This document shows positions 39,481 to 59,195 of a stretch of 64,000 bases of DNA, one piece after another. The DNA is from Salpingoeca rosetta. Lineage: Eukaryota > Protista > Choanoflagellata. The stretch is taken from the NCBI GenBank assembly GCA_033442325.1, contig JAWQFM010000020.1, positions 1,127,853 through 1,191,852 on the forward strand, written 5' to 3'. The notes under the pieces were generated by a model, which saw nothing but the letters and a program-made list of their open reading frames with translations, searched no databases and had not been told where the DNA came from. The position numbers and the translations under genes were made by a program. Positions within the stretch are counted from its first letter, which is position 1. The number at the start of each line of letters is the position of its first letter.

Positions 39481-42195
39481 CAAGGAGACGGCGCGGGATC
39501 CACGGGGACACACGCGCAGGCAGGAGGAGCGGTTGACAGAGACGAATAGACCAGCCTCACACCGCGAACACATGTCCGCACTCACATCGCACGAGATGCA
39601 GTGCTGCGCTGCGCAGCTGCGGCATACCCCGCCAATGCCAGACGGGCCGGCGGAGGCGTGGAAGCCGAGCGGGCACGCGGGCACGCAGCGGCCATCGAGC
39701 AGAAGGAAGCCGTTCTGGCACACGCGGCACTCGTCGTCGACGCGGCACACGCGGCAGTTGGGCTCCAGACACGGCCGGCACACGCGCGAGATGGTGGCGT
39801 TGGTGCTGGCGATGGTGGCGGTCGTCGCGTTGGTGGCGGTGCTGGCAGGTGCAGATGTTGTCAGCAGTGCGGCCGCCGTTGCAGCTGTCGTTGTTGTTGT
39901 GGTGGTTGTGGTTGTTGTGGTGGTTGTTGTGGTGGTTGTGGTTGTCGTGCTTGCGATGGACATGGATACGTCAAGCACATCTGGGACGCGACCGTCGGTG
40001 GCGTCGCACACGGACCGGTCGACGCAGCGCCCGCTGAGCAGATATGCCGCTGCTGCATCCGGGGAGCAGCGCGTGCACACGTCGCTCTCGCACTCGATAC
40101 AGTTCACCTCCGTGCACGGGCGACACACTCCGCCACGAACGCCAATCGTGCGCGTCCCGAGCGCGTGTGTCCCTGGCGGGCATGTGTGTATGCATGCGTC
40201 GTTGTGGAGGAAGAGGCCTGGTTCGCACGCCTCGCACGTGCTGGCACTGGTGCAGCTCTCGCAGCCGTCGCTGGCACACGGCGTGCACACGAGGCCGCCC
40301 GCAGCCGTTGCAGCGAACGTGCGGGCCGGGCAGCGGGCGACACACGCGCCATTGTGGAGGACAGACCCTGATGCACAGGCGGTGCAGATGCTGGCGGACA
40401 CGGGGCAGGCGAGGCAGGCGGAGTCGATGCAGGGCTGGCAGGTGCCGTTGGTGGCAGAGTAGCCCGCAGGACACGCAGCGACACACGCGCCCTCATGGAG
40501 ATAGAGGCCGGGGAAGCACTTGCGACAGTCCAAGCCGTCACTGGCAGCGTCGCACGCCTCGCATCCGGAGCTGGCACAACCTGCATCGACATGACACGCA
40601 CGAATGATAACATTGGTGTGCACACGTGAAAAGAGAGAGAGAGGGGGGGGGAGGAGTGTGATTGTGTGTGTTGGGGGGGGGAGGAGTTGTGAGGATTACA
40701 GAACGCCAATCAATGGAGGTGAAGGGGTGTCTTCTGGGAGGAGGGGGTGGGAATGGGAAGGGCACGCACGCACTTAAGCACACGCACACAATCACACACG
40801 CACACAATTACACACGCATACACACGACACACACGCACACAATCACACACGCACACACGCGTACACACACACACACAACACACGCATACACGTAAACACA
40901 CGTACACACGCATACACACACAACACACGCATACACACACAACACACGCATACACATACACACATACACACGTGAGCGAACCTCTGCAGAACGCCTGTCC
41001 GACGGTGATTGGAAACGGGGTGCTGGCCAGCTCAACGTCAACCCCGGCGAAGCGGCCGCGGAAGAGAACATTGCACGCCACGGCATCGCCCGTGTCCGCA
41101 TATGTTCCTGGCGGGCAGTTGGGCAGCACAAAGTCCAGCAGCTGCGTCTGCAGGCCCTGCAAGCCGAGCTCTGCCTGGTCAAACACGTCCACGGTCTGTG
41201 CAAACTGCTGGATGAGCTGGGAGACGTTGAGACCAAGTTGGAGGCTGAGGCGCAGGATGGCCCCGCCCTCCAGCCGCTCCTGGGCCGGCGCCCACCCGGT
41301 CAGGTCGTTGCACGACGGATAGCACGCGCGCGGTGACACACACGCGCGGTGCGAGGGGTCGTAGATGCTGGCGCCGAGGAGGGAGGTTGGGCAGGTGGGA
41401 AAGGCGGCAATGTTGTCGCGAAGTGCTGCCAGCGTCGCCTGCTGGTCCTGTGTCAAGCACGTGCAGTCGCCCACATCAACAGCAGCGAGCGGCAGCAGCA
41501 CCGTCGTCCCTGTGCCCGTGGAGGCCGTCGTGGTGGCCGTCGTGGTGGCCGTCGTGGTGGCCGCGGTGGTTGGCTGCGCTGCCGTTGTGGAGGACGTGGC
41601 ATTACCAGCGCCGCCAGTGCCGGCGTGCCTGGCTGCAATGGTGGCCGTGAGCTCAGCTGTTGCGTTGCACATGATGGCGACATCCGATGCAAACCGCGTG
41701 TCATGTGCCGCCCACGCGTGCGCGCAGCAGTCATCAACGGTGAACACGGGTCGCGCCTCGTAGGGGAGAGCAGACAGCAGCGGGGACGTGCACGCGGTCG
41801 TGGCGTTGGCGGCAGCACTGGTGCAGTTGATGATGGTGTGCGGGAGGTGCACGATGTTGCGCCGCACAGGCAGGGCAGTGAAGGCCGTGTGGGGCAGGGA
41901 GGTGAGGGCGGTGTCCGTGAGGTTGATGGTGCGCAGCAGGCTGCTCTGCGCCAGCGCCGCAAACGGTGAGCCTGAACAGTAAACACAAACACGTGCACAT
42001 GACAACGTGAACGCGTGCGTGTGTGCATGGCGTGTGGAGTGGTTGGTGAGAGGAGAGAGGACGGGAAAAAGGAGGACGGTTGAGGGGGGGGGGGAATGGA
42101 AGAAATGGGAGAAGAGGGAGGAGAGGGAGATGGGAAGAGCAAGAGGGGCAGAGGTTTACATCACACACACACACATGCCCACACACACACACATG

Positions 42196-42262
<67 letters not shown>

Positions 42263-42362
42263 NNNNNNNNNNNNNNNNNNNNNNNNNNNNNNNNNNNNNN
42301 NNNNNNNNNNNNNNNNNNNNNNNNNNNNNNNNNNNNNNNNNNNNNNNNNNNNNNNNNNNNNN

Positions 42363-42447
<85 letters not shown>

Positions 42448-43778
42448 CGCACACACACACCGTCGAGCAAGGAGAGCGGGTTGCTGTTGAGCCTGAGGTC
42501 CTGCATGCGCGGTGCTGGGGTGATGGCGCCGCTGCGAAGAGCGGTGATGATGTTGTTCGACACATCCAGCATCTGCAGCTCCTGTACAAAGACAAGCGCC
42601 TTGGCGGCGATGGCGGTGATGAGGTTGCGGCCCAGGTCGAGGGAGACCAGGTGCGGCAAGCGGCGCATCCATGATGCGCTCAGAACAGGCAAGCGGTTGC
42701 TGGCGAGGTTGAGCACGCGGAGGGAGGGCAGGTTGAGGGTGTCTGGCCGGATGTAGGCGATGAGGTTGAAGCTGAGGTCGAGCGTGTGCAGCTTCGGCAG
42801 GTAGAGCGGCAGGTCCTGGTTGAGGGCCGGGATGAGGTTGAAGCTGAGATCCAGCACCTCCAGCGACGTGAACCGAGCAAGGTGCTCTACGGGGATGAAG
42901 GACAGCCCCGTTCGCCACAGGTCGAGGTGGCGCGTGGTGACCGGCAGCACCTCCAGGTGCGCCAGCAGGACCTCGATGGATGGGATGTTTCTGCAGCTCA
43001 CGTACCCGTTCTCCAGGCACGAGCACAGGCCGCAGTCGTCCATGAGCTCGGGAGCAAACGGCCTGCAGCGCTGTGGACACTCTGTCAACGCCGTCCGCGT
43101 TGTCAGCGGCGTCACGGTACTGCCGATGTTGCTGTCTGTGTTTGTGCTTGTGGATGTCGTGGCGGTGGTTGTCGTCGTTGTTGCTGTTGTTGTCGTGCTG
43201 GTGGTGGAGGTTGTGGCGTTCACGCTGCCATCGCCTGTGGTGGAGGTGGCGTTACCGCCGGCGCCGGCGAGCGTCTCGTAGCAGTGGGTGCAGTGCCTGC
43301 ACCGCGCATCTTCGGCACAGTAGAGGTGGTCCGGGCAGTCCTGGTGGCCCGCGCACGGCAGGAGCGTGTAGCACGCCTCGCCGCACTGCAGGGCAAGGTC
43401 GAACGCCGCCACCTCTGGCAGGCTGGTGAGGTGCTCGTTGGCGCAGTCTGTGATGCACGGTTGGTGGCACACGACGCTCTCGTCGGCCTGGAGCGCCAGC
43501 ACGCATTCCACAGCGCGCAGGCAGTCGCCGCCGCTCGAGCCTGTGGATGAGCAGATGCTGGTGAAGTTGCACTGGGCGCGGCACGGGTCGTCGGGGTCGC
43601 CCACACGCGCATGCACGCCACCGCCGCCGCCACTCAGCAGCAGCACCGCTACCATGGCCACTAAGGACAGGGACACGGCAACGAGTGGCGCGCGTCTGTG
43701 CACGGTGCTTCTCGACACGGCAGTGGCTGTCGCAGCAGCCACGCCATGCACACTCCACCTCCTCAGCATCTTCATCAT
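37414..43778 (-). CDS. Toll-like receptor architecture: signal peptide, Cys-rich N-domain, LRRNT + about 8 LRRs, Cys/Thr-rich stalk, 7 furin-like Cys-rich repeats, TM, TIR domain, coiled tail; 3 exons (43778-42461, 41971-40982, 40580-37414), 1824 aa
   Basis: Both introns are GT-AG, phase 1 and join in frame (1318+990+3167 nt). LxxLDLSxNxI repeats; CxxCxxxCxxC..G..L..G.CV..CP repeats; TM AVLVVLLVLLLVGALAWLY followed by RKRYAKRK; TIR FFISYRR..CFLDRQDI..GDDW..GL.RS..YLPLLS..DNFLTEMELAL..VLPLLV. Confidence 0.85.
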
Positions 43779-43992
43779 CGTGTGTTTGTGTTTCGTTTCG
43801 TGGAGAGAGTGCACACACAACAGAACAACCTGGACAGACAGGCCGAATAAGGAAGGAATTCTGCTCGTCCACTCTTCTTGTGGTGATGGGTGATGTGACA
43901 TGCCACGTGACGTGGTGCTTCTCTTCATCTCACGCTTTGTTCAGTGAGTGGTTGGTGACTTGCTGCTGCTGTGTGGGCAGTGAGTGAACGGT

Positions 43993-44119
43993 TTACTTGT
44001 TCCGCCTGAGTGCAGCCTCCACCTCTTGCAAGCGCCGGCTGCACAGCTCCTTGTTCGCGTCGTACCGCAGACACGCCCGCAGGTATCCCTTGGCCTCCTC
44101 GTACCGCCCTGCAAGTGGC

Positions 44120-44215
<96 letters not shown>

Positions 44216-44805
44216 CGTGTGTGAACGTGACGACGAACTACACGCCTGCGTGTGCGTGATAGAAAAAGTGGCTCCCTCCAATCCATCAATCTCCCTCGCC
44301 ACCTCACCCAAAGCCCACCAACCGAGGTTCTTGAGTCCCGTGCCGATGTTGAGATTGAGCACGACGGGGTCGCTGCCAACAATCGGTCGCCTGCACCACC
44401 ACCGTGAACGTGCACACAAGACATGGTGAAATGTGAGCATGCGAGTGTGAGCGTCGTTGACGCACAGAAGCTTAGCAGAAGCAGGAGGCTGCAGCAAGGA
44501 GAGTGGAAGACTTTCACCACACACATACTGTCACTGTGACGCTCACAAAGTGTCCGTGCCCACACTGCGATCATGCCCAACAAGCGCGCACACACGCACG
44601 CACACAAAGCCACACAGAAACCCTTTCTTCAAGCATTGTATGCATGAAAGCATGGAGCGCACTTGTTCCACTGCTGCAGGCCCTGCTTCCACACGTCCAC
44701 GGCCTCTGCCAGCCGGCTAGTCTGCGCAAGATGCACTCCGAGGTTGATGTACGCAGACGCTGCACAACAGCAGGTGGGGGGGGGGGGGACGGCGGAACAG
44801 GGATT

Positions 44806-44889
<84 letters not shown>

Positions 44890-44912
44890 CGGACGGACAG
44901 ACAGATAGACAG

Positions 44913-44946
<34 letters not shown>

Positions 44947-46556
44947 AGGGAGGCAGAACGATGCAGGGGACGTTGTGTTGGTCAAGTTTGGTGTGCATGC
45001 GAGCAAAGAGTCCTCCGAATCGAGCATACCATATGGCGGATAGATGTGGATTGCGGCGCGGTAGTGGTACTCTTTCTTGTCCGGATCTGGTGTCGAGTGC
45101 GCAAAGTTGTGGTTCAGCTTCGCGTTCATCGGCAACACCTGGAGTGGCGGAACGACGCGTAGGGTTGATGGTGAATGTCTTTGGGGGAGAGGTTCGTGGA
45201 GAGGGTTTCAAGGGTAGTACAAGGTGACACGTGTTCACACACAAACAAACAAACAAACAAACAAACAAACAAACAAACAAACAAACAAACAAACAAACAA
45301 ACAAACAAACAAACAAACAAACAAACAAACAAACAAACAAACAAACAAACAAACAAACAAACAAACAAACAAACAAACAAACAAACAAACAAACAAACAA
45401 ACAGACAAACACACCTACCTGCAGCCCTGTTTCGTAGAGGGTGAGGACATTCTGCCAGTCGTAATTGCGCAACCACGTGCGAGCACTCATCAGCAGCAGC
45501 ACAGCAGCAACGCCAGCAAACACAGCCCTTGCCAGCGAACGCATGTGCGAGAATGTGAAATGTTAGCCATGTTGGTACATGTTCGAGGAGGGAAGAAAGA
45601 CACGTTGGCTCGTTGTCACATCTTGTGAGCACTCCACAAGCATGTCCATTCCTTTCGTTGGTCACGCAGATCAACAAACAGACCGACAGCTAGGCAGACA
45701 GGCAGACAGGCAGACAGGCAGACAGACAATCAGACATACAATCAGACATACAATCAGACAGACAGTCAGACACACACACACAAACACACTCACACACACA
45801 TTCACACACACATACACTCACACACTCACTCACTCACTCACACACACACTCTCTCTCACGCAGGAAAGTGCTGCACCTGCGGGTGAAGATGTCGTTGGTG
45901 GTTGAGGAAGCGGCGGTGGCGGTTGCGGTGCGATGGTCGTCGTCGTCATCATCATGACCGGTCGTGTAGGCGTTGAGTGCATGCGCAGTGACAGCGGCGA
46001 AGAGAAGACACGCGCCGAGACAGGGCGTGTACAGCACACGCTCGGCCACCACAAAGCCCACCTGGGGTGAGGACAACGTGTTCATGTATGCATTGATGAG
46101 TGTACGTGATGGGTGTCATGCATTGCACATGAACATGTCACTGTCTTCCTGTAATTAAACACACAATCACAAACACTCACACACACACACACACAAATAA
46201 CATTCGCAAACAATCACACGTCCACACACACAAATAACATCCACAAACAATCACACACACACGCACACACACACACACACACGTGTCCACACCTCGAGGA
46301 GGAGGCCCGATGCCGGGATGAATGCGATGGCGGCGATGGCGACGGCCATGAGCACAACGCGGCGCAACCGGCGCGGCAGCCGCTCGTTGAACGCCGCATA
46401 CACGACGCCAAGCACCTGTCCACGCAGCCAGCAAGGGGAGGGGAGGGTGGCAGGGTGGGTGAGGTTGGCGCTGGTGTTGGTGGCTGCCGTGCTGGCTTCA
46501 CGCACATGATGAAACTCAAGGATCGGCACTTGTTGTGCACCACCACCACCACCACC

Positions 46557-46588
<32 letters not shown>

Positions 46589-47110
46589 CACCTTAAACAA
46601 CAACAACAATAACAACTTAAACAACAACAACAACAACAACAACAACTTAAACAACAACAACAACAACAACTTAAACAACAACTTAAACAACAACTTAAAC
46701 AACAACTTAAACAACACCGTCATGCACTTCTCGCGCCTTGACCGCCAATATCACGAGCACCACTCAGCATGATGAGTAAAGGCTGACCAGAGTCGTATAC
46801 ATGGCTGCAGTCTGCACGTTGCGTGGGTCTGAGACGGCGGTGATGTTTGGGATACCGAAGGAGGACCAGTCGCAGCACAGCTCGGCAGGGAACAGCAGCA
46901 GCCACGCGTGCAGGAACACATAGTAGTTCTTCGTCAGCGCTCGCAGCAGCCAGTCTGCACAGGAGAAGGGAGAGAGTGAGTTGGGGAGGAGGATGAGCAA
47001 TGCTGTGTGGGAAGGAAATCGCCAGATACTTGCAGGTGCACACACAGATGAAAGACATGCACGCACACACACACACACACACGCACACACACACGCACGC
47101 ACACACGCAC

Positions 47111-47166
<56 letters not shown>

Positions 47167-48556
47167 GCACACACACACACACACACGCACGCACACACAC
47201 ACGCACGCACACACACACACGCACACACGCACACATGTCCACAGGTACAGACACTTGTGCATATGCACGCAGCGGACCGTCAATGTGGTTTGCGGGGTTT
47301 GTCTTCTCGTCCACTTTGACCTCATCACCGGAGTTGAGGCTGACGCGCCAGCCATACACGACGGCCATGGCGCCAGCAGCCACCGCCTGCAGCAGAGATG
47401 AGCAGCGGATGGCGCCAGGAAGGTGGGCATATCATGCGTGTGCGTATGCGTACGTGTGTGCTTGAACTCAGGTTCTGGCAGAGGGAGCAATGTACGACGA
47501 AGAATCAGACAGCTCATGTTGATGCAATCACTCCCCCATTCATGCGCACAGATACACACACACAGCTGTTGTTGGACTGACCACGCGGAACATGCTGGCC
47601 GAGAGGGACGACGAGCTGGTGGTGTTGGTCGACTTGTGCTTCTTCGCTTGCTGCTGCTGCTGCTGCTGGGGGCGGCGGAACCAGCGCAAGACGACCAAAT
47701 CGAGGTCCCCGTGATACAGCAGGTCATACACCATCACCACGGGCAGCACAGTAAAGCCTTGCTCCTTGCATAACACGGCAGTCACTGCACATGTGTGTGC
47801 ATGTGTAAGTGTGTGTGTGCATGTGTGTGCATGTATGTGTGTGCATGTATGTGTGTGTGCGTGTGTGTGCATGTGTAAGTGTGTGTGTGTATGTGTGTAT
47901 GTGTGTATGTGTGTATGTATGTGTGTGTGAGCACATGAAAGGATTTGTTGCACCAATAACTTGACATGCACATGAATACATGCATACATGCACACATGCA
48001 CACATGCACACATGCACAGGCACGAAGACATGAACCGGACCTGTGAGGGCGGTGGTGGCGCCGAGTGCGAGAAAGAAGGTGAGCTGGCGCACAACAGGTG
48101 CTGCTTGCGTCCTGGCAATGCTCATGCCTTTGGCGTACACGAGAAAGGCGAGGCACCAGAACACGCACGCCAGCAGCTCTGCCCGGCACACGATGTTGGC
48201 GACGGCCTCCGTGTGCACGGGATGGACGGCGAACACGAGCCCGCACACGAGCGGAACCCACGATGCAAAGCCTTTGCACAGCTGGGCGGCGACGCAGGTG
48301 ACCAGCGCCGATGCCAGTGCGTGCAGCGCCGTGTTGACGACGTGGAACCAGAACGTGTCGAAGCCAAACACGGCCACGTTCCAGCGAAAGGTGATGGTGG
48401 TCAGTGGGCGGTACGAGTAGTGCTGGGACCACGCCGCTCCCATCTCCTGGCCTGCACACGCCAGCATGAACAAGGTGCGCACACATGGCAGTTGTGACGA
48501 GAAAGAATGTTGTGTGAGAGTGCGTGTGTGTGTGTATGTGTGTGTGTGTTTATGTG

Positions 48557-48587
<31 letters not shown>

Positions 48588-48875
48588 TTGTCGCTGTACG
48601 CATGAAAAGGAGATACATGGTTGTGCACTTGTATATGGGTGTCAAATAGGACGCACCCCAGAAGTTGTTCTTGAAGAGCGACGACAGCGGTGTTTTGGAG
48701 GGGTCCACATCCGCGTTGTCAACAATGGCTGAGGCGAGCGAGCGGACGACAGAGGTTTAATTCAGTGAGCTGGCAAACAAGACAAAAAGTGCGCACGCAA
48801 AAGGCCAACACACACACACACGTACACGCACACGCACACACACACACACACTCACTTGCACACACGCACACGCAT

Positions 48876-48919
<44 letters not shown>

Positions 48920-49173
48920 CAGTCAGCACGCATTCCAGCCAGCGACAAACTGACTCACTCACCTGGCATGTCGTCAAACACAAATTCTCCGTGCAACGAG
49001 TTGAGATACACCAGAATCGCAGCCGCTGCCACCAGCGCCATGGCATGCCACAGCTTCAGCTGCGTTTGCTGGTGGTGCTTCCCATCGTGCGCCTTACCAC
49101 GCGCATGCTTCTTCGCAGTGCTGCCGCCAGCATGCTTAGCACCAGCACCAGCACCACTGCCACTGCCACCCAT
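43993..49173 (-). CDS. TMTC-family protein O-mannosyltransferase (GT-C fold, DUF1736, C-terminal TPRs); multi-exon
   Basis: [68 protein letters not shown]...IP....[26 protein letters not shown] and TPRs. Confidence 0.93.
45241..45402. repeat. (CAAA)n microsatellite in a TMTC intron
   Basis: Directly visible. Confidence 0.95.
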
Positions 49174-49208
49174 CTTTTTGTTGTCCTTCCAAATGCTGAG
49201 CAGGGAAT

Positions 49209-49310
49209 GGCAAATTTGCCTTTGGGAAAAGGCAAATTTGCCTTTGGGTATGTTTCGCACAGGCAGTGCTGCGGCGGTGGATAGCGGGCGGTTTTGGCGG
49301 GAAATTGAAC
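49209..49310. promoter_or_regulatory. Putative cis-elements in the TMTC/SMC1 bidirectional promoter: duplicated palindrome GGCAAATTTGCC and an E2F-like TTTTGGCGGGAAA next to ATTGAA
   Basis: The sequences are directly visible between divergent start codons 49173 and 49611. Function is inferred. Confidence 0.4.
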
Positions 49311-49610
49311 AAGCCGAAGCAGGACAAGAGAAGACGCGCCGTTTTTTTGTGTCTTGTGCTGTGGAAGGAAGGTGAGACACTGGCGGAGATGGTGGTCGTG
49401 GCGCGAAGGATATTGGTGGGGATGGGATGGGATGGGGTGGGATGGCATTGCTCTCGGTGGTGTGCCCAGCCACACGCAAACACAAGCAAACACATGCAAA
49501 CATACGTTCACACACACACAAGCAAACCCGCGCAAGCAAACACGCGCAAGCATACGTTCATTCACACGCACACACACACACGCACACGCCAGCGCGAAAC
49601 TCAGCCAGCC

Positions 49611-58620
<9,010 letters not shown>

Positions 58621-59050
58621 TGGCTGCTGACGAAGCACAGGCACACATGTGCACATACATCTGTGTGTTTGCGAGCGTGCGCGTGTTGTTTGTTGTTGTG
58701 GTTCATATTTGTTGGTGTCGCACTTTATTGTGCCGTGGGCTGATTTTATTCTTTCCGTGATGATGGTGTTGTTGCTGTTGCTTCCGTGTATCCTCTTGAT
58801 TGTCGTTCACCCCCGAGCATAAAAGGCGTTGCTTTCCCTCGGCGACAGGACGAGTGGTGTGGACATCACAGACAGGCAATCGTGCAACACACTCGATACG
58901 CACATGAAACGAAACGCGCAGCAAACGCGCCTTGAATGCGTTTTTCCTTACAAGATATTCCGAATCTTCTACAATCGTCTCCTCGCTGTCATTTCCCATC
59001 CATGCAACGCAAACGCCTCCGACTGATACACACACACACACACACACACA

Positions 59051-59166
<116 letters not shown>

Positions 59167-59195
59167 AATACACACACAGCACAGCACCGCCAACA

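Noticed and set aside
37423-41969. Long plus-strand ORFs antisense to the TIR receptor
   Set aside because: Shadow ORFs of GC-rich coding sequence with no recognisable motifs.
46570-46715. (AAC)nTTA repeat resembling a telomeric or poly-Asn tract
   Set aside because: Lies in a TMTC intron, has irregular units and is not TTAGGG-like.
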